Of a DNA stretch of 64,000 nt, positions 28,089-37,653 are shown one piece after another (position 1 is the stretch's first letter; each line of letters opens with the position of its first letter). Location: NCBI GenBank assembly GCA_945861565.1, contig CAMAUY010000011.1, positions 6,444-70,443 on the forward strand, in the 5' to 3' direction. This DNA comes from Akkermansia muciniphila. GTDB lineage: Bacteria > Verrucomicrobiota > Verrucomicrobiia > Limisphaerales > UBA9464. Position numbers and translations under genes: made by a program. Under the pieces are notes generated by a model. That model did no database searches, was not told the DNA's origin, and saw nothing but the letters and a program-made list of their open reading frames with translations.

Positions 28089-29041
28089 ATTCCTCCAATC
28101 CGATATTAACTGACCGAGCGCCGCGGCAGATTTCAGGACGGCTCGGGGCAGCATTTCGAGGGTGGCACCAGTTCTGGTTTCCCCTCGACACCGGACACAG
28201 TCTGGCCGGATATCGAATTTGTTTTGGATTCTATCTGTTCTGGTACTGGGGACGCAACTGGCAGGTCGTGGACACCCTTTTCTCATCCATTGGAGTCTAT
28301 AATCCAACGGTCCTTCCGGATATGGCCCCGGGCCCGGGACTCGCGCGAGCAATCTATGCCGTTTTTCTCGCGCTTCATATTCCTTTTATTCTCGGGCTCT
28401 TCACCCGAGTGATCACTCCGCTCGTCTGGGCTGGCTATGTTTATCACTGGTTGCTCCAATTTCGCACCGGTGGCGCCGCGTTCGATAATCTGAACGTCTT
28501 TTTTCTCTTTCTCCTGTGCTTTTCTGACTTGGATCGGGTTTGGTCGATCACCGCCAGCCTGCGGCCCGCCTCTGCGGCCCGTCGTAAGGTATCGCAATTT
28601 TCCGCGCGGCTCATAGCCGTGCACATATCATTTCTATATTCCGGCACGGGATTATACAAATTGACGATGCCTGAATGGCGGGCCGGCTTGGTGCTGCCGT
28701 GGACTCTGATCGGACGGTGGGCGACTTCCGCGGGCTATTGGATTGGCGATTTATCCCTTCCGGCTGGCGCCTATACAATCGCTTCCTGGCTGGTGATCGT
28801 TATGGAGATATTCCTGCCAGTTTTTCTCTGGACCCGAAGGTATCGACTCGCGGCGTGTCTGGTGGGCGCCCTCTTTCACATCGGAGTCGCCGTGACGCTT
28901 GGGATCACCGGCTTCCTTACATGCATCGCCACTTATGTGTTGTTCTGGGAGCCGGAGGTTTTGAAAAATGCCTCGGGGCGCTGGATGGAGACGTGGCGTC
29001 CGCGGAAAGAACATGAGCCGTCCGTTAATCGCGATAATTGA
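28085..29041 (+). CDS. HTTM-domain membrane protein, paralog 2
   Basis: ATG 28085 overlaps the partner stop as ATGA. Carries GYRICFG, DLDRVWSITA, ISFLYSGTGLYK and ATYVLF motifs shared with paralog 1. Confidence 0.75.
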   Translation: MNSSNPILTDRAPRQISGRLGAAFRGWHQFWFPLDTGHSLAGYRICFGFYLFWYWGRNWQVVDTLFSSIGVYNPTVLPDMAPGPGLARAIYAVFLALHIPFILGLFTRVITPLVWAGYVYHWLLQFRTGGAAFDNLNVFFLFLLCFSDLDRVWSITASLRPASAARRKVSQFSARLIAVHISFLYSGTGLYKLTMPEWRAGLVLPWTLIGRWATSAGYWIGDLSLPAGAYTIASWLVIVMEIFLPVFLWTRRYRLAACLVGALFHIGVAVTLGITGFLTCIATYVLFWEPEVLKNASGRWMETWRPRKEHEPSVNRDN

Positions 29042-29133
29042 CGGGAACTTCCGGGAAAAAGGCTTCAGGAGTGCGGCGCGAGTTCGGTCGATCGGCAGGG
29101 AAATCAACTCCCGGTTCGCGTCCGATCGGATCC

Positions 29134-29171
29134 AAAAAAAACACCGGACCGGACGGATGTCCGGGCCGGTG
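29134..29171 (-). terminator. Rho-independent terminator (minus strand)
   Basis: 13-bp stem CACCGGACCGGAC/GTCCGGGCCGGTG with one mismatch and loop ggat. The plus strand has an A8 run before it, giving U8 after the hairpin on the minus strand, 22 bp after the DUF5069 stop. Confidence 0.75.
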
Positions 29172-29192
29172 CGGTGACAGTCTGAGGGGACG

Positions 29193-29639
29193 CTATTTCA
29201 GGACCGCCTGATGGAATTCGTACCAGTCGTCCAGATTGTTCAGATTGATGGCGTCCGGCAGAACGGAACCATCTTCGGGCAATCCGTTGGCGCTGAGGAT
29301 GCCCTTGCGGGTGTCGTCGTCGTGGATGTATCCGGCGATTGAAACGTTCAACTTGTGAATCGTGGCTTTGTCGAGTTTCACACCGGGCTGTTTACGAATC
29401 CAAGCCTCGAATTGAGGATAGGTTGGCTTGCTGTCGGCGACGAATTTCTTCGCGGCGTCGGGATTGATATTGAGGGCGGCGCACACCATGGCGTCGTAGC
29501 CTTTGCCGATGCCGGGGTATCCGGCGGCAATTTTACCGCGGGCTTCGAGGGAAACCTTCAGCCACATGCGGGGCAGGTGAAGTACACCCAGCGGGCCGGC
29601 AGTACCGGAGCTGATGAGAGGGACGTAAGTATTGCTCAT
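29193..29639 (-). CDS. DUF5069 domain protein
   Basis: GVLHLPRMWLKVSLEARGKIAAGYPGIGKGYD...NLNNLDDWYEFH is typical of DUF5069. ATG 29639 is preferred over GTG 29678. Confidence 0.7.
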   Translation of the reverse strand: MSNTYVPLISSGTAGPLGVLHLPRMWLKVSLEARGKIAAGYPGIGKGYDAMVCAALNINPDAAKKFVADSKPTYPQFEAWIRKQPGVKLDKATIHKLNVSIAGYIHDDDTRKGILSANGLPEDGSVLPDAINLNNLDDWYEFHQAVLK

Positions 29640-29870
29640 GCTAGTTTGTTGAATGTTGTCAATGGAACGGACTTTCACCCTAGTGAACGGCTGGCCACCC
29701 GGTCAAAGAGAAAGTCAACGGCGGCATCGAATGCCGGGGCGGCCCGAGGTTTGTGGAAAATGCGAAAACTCGCTGAATCTCAGTGAATGGGGTGGGTAGG
29801 ATAAAAAACGCGGGTCGGAGGATACTCGGAAGGTTGACCCTGCCCCTATCCAAATCTACTTTGTGCCACG

Positions 29871-30914
29871 ATGCCGGCTGTAGTTGTCCCAATTTCAACC
29901 CCCACTCGCACGGCTGACCCTGCGTGCGAGGCCGCTGTGTGGGAACAAATCGTCGATCCGGTCCGGCCTTTCCTCGACCGCGTATCGTATCAACTGGTGG
30001 CGCAAGTCGAGGCATTTGAGCCTGAAATTGTGGAGTATGCCCGATATGCTCTCGACAATCGAGGCAAGCAGTTGAGGTCTGCATTGATTGCCCTCGCAAG
30101 CGGGGCGGTGGGGAGGGTAACCGAGGAGCTTGTCACCGTCGCGGTCATCATTGAAATGATCCATCTTGCAACTCTGGTTCATGACGATGTCATGGACGGT
30201 GCATTGTTGCGTCGTCGTCGGTCAACGCTTGCGGCGCGCTGGGGCAACGAAGTATCGGTACTGCTGGGAGACTGTCTTTTCGCCCATGCGCTCAAGCTTG
30301 CGGCAGGTTTTTCAACGACGGAAGTCTGTCGGGCGGTGGCGGATGCGACGGGAATTGTCTGTGGGGGCGAAATTCTTCAGACCCACCGACGCGGTCGCTG
30401 GAACTTGACTCGCGCCGAGTATTTCAGAGTGCTTGCAATGAAGACGGCCGAGCTTTTTGCCCTCGCGTGTGAGCTGGGAGCGAAGTTGGGGGGTGGGACT
30501 GTCGAGCAGCAGCGGGCACTGCGCAGATATGGATTGGCCCTGGGGACGGCCTATCAGATCTACGACGACTGCCTCGATGTGTTCGGTGCGGAAGGGGAGG
30601 CAGGAAAATCACTGGGGACGGATCTAGCGAATGGGAAGCCGACCTTGCCGGTATTGATTTATCTGGAGAACGCCGGTTTGGAGGAGCGGTCGGAGTTGAT
30701 AGGGTGGCTGGAGAATTGGCACCCGGAGCTGCTTGCCGGGGTTCGAGACCGGTTGGAACGGGCGGGGGTGTTGGTGGGTTCCGCCGAGGTGATTCGAGAA
30801 TTTCTCAGCGAGGCGGTAGCGGCTGTCGAGGGGTTGCCGGCGACCCCCAGTCGGTCGGCTTTGAACCAGTTTTCGGAGTTTTTATCGCAACGAATTACCA
30901 GTTTAGGTGTCTAA
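29871..30914 (+). CDS. Polyprenyl diphosphate synthase (long-chain, IspB-like)
   Basis: First DDxxD in LVHDDVMDG, second in YQIYDDCLD. Confidence 0.85.
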   Translation: MPAVVVPISTPTRTADPACEAAVWEQIVDPVRPFLDRVSYQLVAQVEAFEPEIVEYARYALDNRGKQLRSALIALASGAVGRVTEELVTVAVIIEMIHLATLVHDDVMDGALLRRRRSTLAARWGNEVSVLLGDCLFAHALKLAAGFSTTEVCRAVADATGIVCGGEILQTHRRGRWNLTRAEYFRVLAMKTAELFALACELGAKLGGGTVEQQRALRRYGLALGTAYQIYDDCLDVFGAEGEAGKSLGTDLANGKPTLPVLIYLENAGLEERSELIGWLENWHPELLAGVRDRLERAGVLVGSAEVIREFLSEAVAAVEGLPATPSRSALNQFSEFLSQRITSLGV

Positions 30915-30920
30915 CGGTAT

Positions 30921-31568
30921 ATGGTTGCAGCCCTGTCCATGGACATTATCGCCGCCAGCGTTCTTCCGGTTCGGAGTGAGCCCGTTGTTACTGACGGTGA
31001 GGTCGACCGGGAACTGGTACGTCAGGCACGGGCGGGAGAGCTCTCGGCATACGACGACTTGGTGCGAAAGTACCAAGAACGGGTGTATGCGACGATTTAC
31101 CACATGACGGGAAATCATGAGGATGCCAGTGACTTGGCGCAGGAGTCGTTTGTCAAAGCCTGGCAGGCTCTGAAGTCATTCAAGGGCGACTCGAGTTTTT
31201 ATACGTGGGTTTACCGGATTGCGGTCAATCGAACGATTAATTTCCTCAAACAACGACGCAACCGGACTCCCCATTTTAGTCTCAACGACCTGGATTTTAG
31301 CGGGGAAAACGACCCTGACTTAGTCGCTCTCGTGTCGCAGAACACTCCGCGACGGGAGGTGGGGCTCATCGAGCTTCAGACCCGATTGAACGAGGCCATC
31401 CAGAAACTGTCTGAGGAGCATCGTATGGTGGTCACAATGCACGATATCCAAGGGATACCGCATGACGAAATCGCCGCGGTGATGAACTGTAATCCGGGTA
31501 CCGTGCGATCACGGTTGCACTACGCCCGGCAGCAGTTGCAGGCATGGCTGGCGGACTGGGTCCGTTAA
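30921..31568 (+). CDS. ECF-type RNA polymerase sigma-70 factor
   Basis: Region 2 (YDDLVRKYQERVYATIYHMTGNHEDASDLAQESFVKAW) and region 4 (IAAVMNCNPGTVRSRLHYARQQL). Confidence 0.88.
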   Translation: MVAALSMDIIAASVLPVRSEPVVTDGEVDRELVRQARAGELSAYDDLVRKYQERVYATIYHMTGNHEDASDLAQESFVKAWQALKSFKGDSSFYTWVYRIAVNRTINFLKQRRNRTPHFSLNDLDFSGENDPDLVALVSQNTPRREVGLIELQTRLNEAIQKLSEEHRMVVTMHDIQGIPHDEIAAVMNCNPGTVRSRLHYARQQLQAWLADWVR

Positions 31569-31612
31569 GCAGGGGATGCCTACGGTGGAATGGGAGAGAT
31601 TCACAAAGTATT

Positions 31613-32218
31613 ATGCCTTTTGAAAACGAGGAATTGACGGGTGGTTTCGACGGTTTGCGTCGGTTGATGGTCCTTAAGCGGCGGGAGATTCCACCACCGG
31701 GTTTTTTCAATAACTTTGCGTCCAAAGTGATTTTTCAGATCGAAGCTGAGGAGTTGGTGCGGGAGGAAGTACCTTGGTGGCGTCGGTCGCTTGGATTGAG
31801 TACCGCTCGAATTCTGGCCGGTGCCAATCTGCTCACCCTCTGCGGGCTCACGTTCGTGGGGGTGAGCCTGTATCTAGTGCTGTCGGGTGACGTTGAACCG
31901 CCTGTAAATGCGGGAACGGGGCAGAGCCTTTCGAGGTCGGCAGATGCGGCCGGTTTTGGTACGGTTGCGGGGGGGGTAGCTGGGCGCGCTCGAACGAGTG
32001 ATCTTTCTCGGATTTTTACTTTTTCCCCTGCCGCGGAACCTTCTGATCTCAATTCTGCCGGGGATGCGCCGGGTGCGGGCAACTTGATTTCAGGCGACGC
32101 TATCGTCGCGGAAAAAGAGCGGGAGGATGCCCGTGGGCTGTTCAAACTTGGGGGAAACCGAGCTTTGAATGCCGAGCCGGTCGCCATCCCGACCTACCGT
32201 ATGATTTTCCCCCGCTGA
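31613..32218 (+). CDS. Putative membrane anti-sigma factor
   Basis: Immediately downstream of the ECF sigma gene. Single TM (ILAGANLLTLCGLTFVGVSLYLVL). No zinc-binding anti-sigma motif seen, so the function is inferred from position only. Confidence 0.4.
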   Translation: MPFENEELTGGFDGLRRLMVLKRREIPPPGFFNNFASKVIFQIEAEELVREEVPWWRRSLGLSTARILAGANLLTLCGLTFVGVSLYLVLSGDVEPPVNAGTGQSLSRSADAAGFGTVAGGVAGRARTSDLSRIFTFSPAAEPSDLNSAGDAPGAGNLISGDAIVAEKEREDARGLFKLGGNRALNAEPVAIPTYRMIFPR

Positions 32219-32271
32219 TGGCGGGTCTCTGTACGCGATGTCCGCGATTAAACAGACCGACGGGAGCGTCA

Positions 32272-33648
32272 TCAAAGGGCTCGGACAAAAAACAGCGAGA
32301 TTTTCACCGTCTCGACAGGCACTACGAGGCGGCCGGCGTCATTAATCGTCGCATTCACGGTCTGCTCGTTCCCACTGGTTGACGAAGTCAGTTCATAGAT
32401 TTCCGCATTCCGCTTCCACGTTCCCTCGTAAGAAAGATGGAGTTTTGCGAAGGGGTTGACGGCGACGGGTGCGGGTTTAGCGACGGGAGGCAACGGCTGC
32501 CCTCCGAGGCCCGGGCCGCGGGCGCCGGGGCGAAGCCCGTAACGCTGGGCTAGGGTGGGGTCGATGCCACCGGACGCGGGCCCGCCGGCTGCCTCCGCGG
32601 CGGCATTAGCCTCGGTCGTGACCGCAGCAGGAAGTGCCGGCGCGTTTATCACGAACTTGCCATCGATGTAAGCCGTCAAGGTAGTGGCCGCAAGAGCGTT
32701 GGTCAGGAGATTCCGCAGCAGGATTATTTCGGTGGCAGTAATTGTCTGCCGGCTGCGCTTTGCCGCATTCAGCGTCGCAATGGGATCGAGGCGCCATCGG
32801 CCCAGAATGCGTTCGTCATCATATTTTGGAGACTTCCCGGTCTCGATGTATTTGCGGAAGTCATCCAGATCGGTGGCGAGGAGTTCCTTGGTCAGTTCTT
32901 CGTTTTTCAGTAGGCTCTGAACTTTCGGGTTACCGGAAATCGCCATGAAGCTACCGCCCTGAGTCAGTTCCTTGAGCAGCTCCAAATCTGCGCCGATATC
33001 TTTGAACTCCTGCCGTTCGCCCAGGCGGAGGAACTGGGGATAACCGGACGCGCGCCCATGAACGAGGGGATTGTGGTAGAGAATGCCGAGGATATCCGAG
33101 ATTTTGAAGAAACTTGGCGAAGTACGGTCGAGGGCCGCAAACGTTTTGTCCCAACCGCTACCGTTCATGTCCTGGCGGATCTTATTCACGTAGCCCAGAA
33201 TACCGGGTTCATTTTCGGCGGAAGTTTGTGTGGTCAGATATCCCCCCGAATAGATCAGGCGGCCGACCGAAAGAAAAAGGACTGTCCCGGTCATCAAGCC
33301 GAGGAAGAGTCCCAGGGCCTTGTTCATCAATTCAAAGCCCTTGCGAGTCGAGTCGTCCTCTTTGTACTTGAAGTGCAATTCGACGGGTTGGTGCGCGACA
33401 AACCCAAGGCCGAAGAAAATGAGCCAGACAAAGCCGAACGCGACGAGTGACGGGAGCACCAGAAGCCAAAGCGGGTGTTCGGTACCCATTTTAGAAAAAA
33501 GCGGTGCGGTCAGTTTTCCGAGTGGGCCGGCGAGCGCGAGCGCAATAAAGGCACCCAGCATTGAGATTCCGGCACGGATCGCGCCGGTGCCAAAACCAAG
33601 GACGGCGAAGACGCCCACAATAAGGGCAGCAAGAAGCCAAACGAACAT
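32272..33648 (-). CDS. CvpA-family membrane protein with a long C-terminal extension
   Basis: N-terminal four-TM block MFVWLLAALIVGVFAVLGFGTGAIRAGISMLGAFIALALAG is CvpA-like. The remaining ~300 aa are unassigned. Confidence 0.6.
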   Translation of the reverse strand: MFVWLLAALIVGVFAVLGFGTGAIRAGISMLGAFIALALAGPLGKLTAPLFSKMGTEHPLWLLVLPSLVAFGFVWLIFFGLGFVAHQPVELHFKYKEDDSTRKGFELMNKALGLFLGLMTGTVLFLSVGRLIYSGGYLTTQTSAENEPGILGYVNKIRQDMNGSGWDKTFAALDRTSPSFFKISDILGILYHNPLVHGRASGYPQFLRLGERQEFKDIGADLELLKELTQGGSFMAISGNPKVQSLLKNEELTKELLATDLDDFRKYIETGKSPKYDDERILGRWRLDPIATLNAAKRSRQTITATEIILLRNLLTNALAATTLTAYIDGKFVINAPALPAAVTTEANAAAEAAGGPASGGIDPTLAQRYGLRPGARGPGLGGQPLPPVAKPAPVAVNPFAKLHLSYEGTWKRNAEIYELTSSTSGNEQTVNATINDAGRLVVPVETVKISLFFVRAL

Positions 33649-33810
33649 GCCGGTAACCTACGACGGTCGGAATCTTCGCGCACGTAAAAACTGCGGGTCA
33701 ATCCCGTTGAGCGGGTGCTCAATATCTGCGTTGACCGTGGAATTGCTAAGCCTAACATTGACGTCTCTTTACGGTCCTCGAATCCGGGGACGCTTCTCCT
33801 GTAGTCCGCA

Positions 33811-34971
33811 ATGAATGCAATTCTCGCCTTGGAAGATGGTTCTGTGTTTCATGGTCAGGCCTTTGGTGCCAAGGCCACGACGGTTGGGGAGGTGTGTTTT
33901 AACACGTCGATGACGGGGTATCAGGAGATTCTCACCGACCCTTCCTACAAGGGGCAGATTGTCACGATGACGTATCCCCTGATCGGCAACTATGGGGTCA
34001 ACCGGGTCGACGTGGAGTCCTGGCGGCCTCACGTTTCTGGATTTGTCATTCGCGAGTTATCCCCGGTGGTCAGCAACTGGCGGGCGGACCAGTCGCTGGA
34101 GGCTTACCTCAGCGACAATGGAATCCCCGGCATTCAGGGCGTGGATACGCGGGCTCTCACGAAGAAGCTGCGGGTGCGAGGGGCTTTGAAGGGGGTCCTT
34201 TCCTCCGAAGGGCTGTCCGATGCGGAGGCAGTGCTTCGGGCGAAGGAATGGCCGGGCCTCGTGGGTGTGGACTATGCGAACGAAGTCACCCATCGGGAGC
34301 CGTTTGTCTGGGATCCCAACGATGAGCAGAGTGCCGCGTTCGATCTCAACAAGGGGTTCTCTGCGCCAAACCCGAGAGACTATCGCAAGCCGCTGCCCGC
34401 CGCTGATATTCCGATTGTCGCATTCGACTTTGGGATGAAGTACAATATTCTGCGCTGTTTGCGGCAGCGGGGATTTCGAACTCAGGTGGTCCCGGCGACC
34501 ACTTCCGCGGCGGAGGCTCTGAAATACAAACCGGCGGGAATTTTTCTTTCCAACGGCCCGGGCGACCCGGCTGCCCTCCACTATGCGGTGCGGACCGTTC
34601 AGGAATTGGTTCAGAGCGGCATTCCCATTTTTGGGATTTGTCTGGGCCATCAAATCCTCGGCCAGGCGTTCGGAGGATCCACGTTCAAGCTAAAGTTTGG
34701 GCACCGGGGAGCGAACCAACCCGTCAAGGACTTCGAGACTGGGCGGGTCGAGATCACCTCTCAGAACCATGGTTTTGCCGTCGATGCCGACTCACTCCCA
34801 TCGGAGGTCACGGTGAATCGGATCAACTTAAATGACCGGACCGTCGAGGGGTTGCGGCACAAGAAAAAGCCCATCTTTTGTGTTCAATATCATCCGGAAG
34901 CGTCACCTGGGCCTCACGATTCAACTCCATTGTTCGATGAGTTTCGGCAGATGATCACGGGCCGTGGGTGA
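33811..34971 (+). CDS. carA: Carbamoyl-phosphate synthase small (glutaminase) subunit
   Basis: [16 protein letters not shown]...[13 protein letters not shown]-domain. GATase triad context GICLGHQ and HPE. carB is not adjacent. Confidence 0.93.
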   Translation: MNAILALEDGSVFHGQAFGAKATTVGEVCFNTSMTGYQEILTDPSYKGQIVTMTYPLIGNYGVNRVDVESWRPHVSGFVIRELSPVVSNWRADQSLEAYLSDNGIPGIQGVDTRALTKKLRVRGALKGVLSSEGLSDAEAVLRAKEWPGLVGVDYANEVTHREPFVWDPNDEQSAAFDLNKGFSAPNPRDYRKPLPAADIPIVAFDFGMKYNILRCLRQRGFRTQVVPATTSAAEALKYKPAGIFLSNGPGDPAALHYAVRTVQELVQSGIPIFGICLGHQILGQAFGGSTFKLKFGHRGANQPVKDFETGRVEITSQNHGFAVDADSLPSEVTVNRINLNDRTVEGLRHKKKPIFCVQYHPEASPGPHDSTPLFDEFRQMITGRG

Positions 34972-35135
34972 AATCGACGACGGCTGACCTCGGGCAGCAA
35001 CCCTCGCTGGATCGCCCGATTCAACCAATGCGGGCAGTGCGGAACCGCTGTCGAGGCGGACCATTCGACAATTCCGCCATTCGAAGTTTGACTCACCCTA
35101 TCCAAACCGGCTAAACAGGCCGGCACCATTTGAAT

Positions 35136-35627
35136 ATGCCAAAACTGGTCGTAACCACGTCCCCTCTTTCCGGACGGACATTTGAAGTCATCGCGGAGAA
35201 GATGAGTGTCGGCCGCGTGGAGGATAACCAGGTGGTTCTTCCCGATTCGAGCATCTCAAGTCACCACTGCGAGTTGACGGCCATCGGCGACGATATTTTT
35301 GTCAAAGATTTAAACTCGACGAATGGGACGTTTATCAATGCCGAACAGATCAAGGAAGGGACCGTAAAGCCGGGTCAAACACTTCGGCTCGGTGTCGTTG
35401 AGCTCAGGATTGACACAGGTAAAAAGCAGATGGATCAGGCTCGACCGGTCGGCGTGAAGATTGGCGAAGGCAGCCCGGCGGGACCCGTTCTGGATAAGAA
35501 CAAGGCGTTCACCAAGAAGAGCAACAACGCGAACAAGATTTTTATCGCCGTGGCTGTCTTGCTTGGATTGGCAATTGTGGCATTCCTGGTGATTGCATTC
35601 TCGGGGGTTTCAAAGCCGGCCGAGTAG
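35136..35627 (+). CDS. FHA-domain protein with C-terminal TM anchor
   Basis: GR..DN.VVL.D..ISSHHCEL....DIFVKDLNSTNGTFIN FHA core. C-terminal IFIAVAVLLGLAIVAFLVIAF. Confidence 0.8.
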   Translation: MPKLVVTTSPLSGRTFEVIAEKMSVGRVEDNQVVLPDSSISSHHCELTAIGDDIFVKDLNSTNGTFINAEQIKEGTVKPGQTLRLGVVELRIDTGKKQMDQARPVGVKIGEGSPAGPVLDKNKAFTKKSNNANKIFIAVAVLLGLAIVAFLVIAFSGVSKPAE

Positions 35628-35731
35628 CGTAATTTTGGGACCGCCAGACCTTCTCGGCCCGCGTTTCGCTCGCTTTGAAGGGGCCTTGGCAGGCCTTCGG
35701 TTGTTTCCTGGCGGACCTTTTGCCCTCCGGG

Positions 35732-36844
35732 TCACCAAATATCCACCGGTCCTTTCGGCACCGGGATGGATTCACGGAGAACCGATGCGGGTCCCAGGTC
35801 AGGCAGGAAGGAGGCGACCATGGGCGCAGGTTCAAAACGCGGTAGGAGTCGCCCGGCGGTGTCGCAGAATTGGTCTCGCCATCGGAGATAGTCTGTCACG
35901 ATTTCGTCGTATTCGGCCCGAGATGTCAGTCGAACTACCCGCTTATTGAATCCGGCGGAGGGGCCGAACCGACGGGCGTACCAGGGCGCGATTTTGCGGA
36001 ACAGGATGCATCCGTGGGCTTCCCCAAAAACCTCCATCATTCGATCCAGATGGCGGCTCATGATCCGGAGGCGGTCCGTGAGAGTGGGCTCCGCCGGGAC
36101 CCTTCCCGTCGCGAGGTATTCCTTGGTGCGGCGAAAAATCCAGGGATCATAGAAGGCACCCCGGCCAATGCTCACGCCGGCACACCCGGTTTCCAACAAC
36201 ATGTGTCGTGCGGCCTCCGGCGTCGTGACGTCGCCATTTCCAATAACCGGAATTTGGCCTACAGCCTCAACCACTCTGCGGATTCCGTCGAGATTTACGG
36301 TTCCAGAGAATCCCTGCTCCCGCGTTCGGCCGTGAACGAAAACAGCCGCAACGCCGGCGGCCTCCAGTGCCCGGGAAAGTTCGGGTGCCGTCAGGTTGTC
36401 GTCATCCCAGCCGAGCCGCATTTTTGCGGTCACAGGGATCCGGACCGCCGCCACCATTCCCCGGACGAGTGCCGCCGTACGGTCAAGTTCGGTCATCATG
36501 GCCGAGCCACCGCCAACTCGGCAGACCTTGCGAACGGGGCAGCCCATATTAATGTCGATGGACGCAACGCCGATCGACTCCAGGTATTGGGAGGCGTCCC
36601 GCATTTCTTCCGGGACCGATCCGAACAATTGCACGGCGAGCGGCTGGTCCTGGGCGTTGGATTCGATCAGTTTAAGTGCTTTTGGATTTTTTTCGAGGAG
36701 CGATCGGGCGTTGACGAGATCCGTGGTAGCGAGATCGAGCCCGCCAATCTCGCGGACGACCAACCGAAACGGCAAGTTCGTGTAGCCGGCCAGCGGGGAC
36801 AGGAAGAGATTGGATCGGAGAGCGAGATTGCGGAACTGGATCAT
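35732..36844 (-). CDS. tRNA-dihydrouridine synthase
   Basis: LSPLAGYTNLPFR, DINMGCP and catalytic-Cys-region motifs of the Dus family. Confidence 0.85.
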   Translation of the reverse strand: MIQFRNLALRSNLFLSPLAGYTNLPFRLVVREIGGLDLATTDLVNARSLLEKNPKALKLIESNAQDQPLAVQLFGSVPEEMRDASQYLESIGVASIDINMGCPVRKVCRVGGGSAMMTELDRTAALVRGMVAAVRIPVTAKMRLGWDDDNLTAPELSRALEAAGVAAVFVHGRTREQGFSGTVNLDGIRRVVEAVGQIPVIGNGDVTTPEAARHMLLETGCAGVSIGRGAFYDPWIFRRTKEYLATGRVPAEPTLTDRLRIMSRHLDRMMEVFGEAHGCILFRKIAPWYARRFGPSAGFNKRVVRLTSRAEYDEIVTDYLRWRDQFCDTAGRLLPRFEPAPMVASFLPDLGPASVLRESIPVPKGPVDIW

Positions 36845-36969
36845 GGGTGCGTTCGCACGGGTTGGATGGAACCCGCGCAGAAGGACCTGCTTTCGGAGGG
36901 AGGCGTGGTAGGAAATCCGCGCCCTAGCTCATTTAACCCGCGGGTCGAGCCCGGGATGCGGAAGTGGCG

Positions 36970-37545
36970 TTAGCTACCGGGGGAATCCAAGCGCTCACCG
37001 TCCATGGCATAAATTCCGACCAGATATCCATTTTCCTTAATTCCTCCAACTTTCAGTTTGCCAACCAGCGTTACGGCCTGATCCATGACCGGTTTTACGC
37101 CCTTCCCGGTCATTTTGACACTCACCCATTCATTGATCTTCGGGACGGCTCCAAAGCAGCACATGGATTGGTCCCGCATGATCAGGAGTTCCGTCACCAA
37201 ACCTCCTTCCACCTTGAGCGGAAGCATGAACCCCTTGAGTGCGACCCTCTTGCCGTCGAAGTCCTTGACCGACTGCGGAATCTGGCTGTCTCCCTTATCG
37301 GTATCGGAATTTGCCTTGGTTTCATCCGGAACCTCGTACTTGAACGACGATAACTTGTCGAAGCCGACGACGATGAACACCGCCCCAGACGCGTCCTTGG
37401 TTGGAGCTGGGTTGGCATTGACGGGAGATTCGGCAGCACGGGCCAGCAGGCTCGAAAACAGGCCGAGGCCAGCGCCAACGGAGAGAATTGCGACGCCCCG
37501 GGCGATGGCCTGGAGAAAGACTTGGATAAATCCGCCTGAATTCAT
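36970..37545 (-). CDS. DUF3299 domain protein
   Basis: Signal/TM, then GKRVALKGFMLPLKVEGGLVTELLIMRDQSMCCFG...EWV typical of DUF3299. ATG 37545 is preferred. Confidence 0.65.
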   Translation of the reverse strand: MNSGGFIQVFLQAIARGVAILSVGAGLGLFSSLLARAAESPVNANPAPTKDASGAVFIVVGFDKLSSFKYEVPDETKANSDTDKGDSQIPQSVKDFDGKRVALKGFMLPLKVEGGLVTELLIMRDQSMCCFGAVPKINEWVSVKMTGKGVKPVMDQAVTLVGKLKVGGIKENGYLVGIYAMDGERLDSPGS

Positions 37546-37653
37546 GATCCGAACGATACATGACTGCGGAGCCCTTGGGAAGACCCTCACTACAGCAAAT
37601 CGTTGACGGTGCTTCGAGTGCCCCTCACTTTCACCGGACGCGAATACCGCGGC

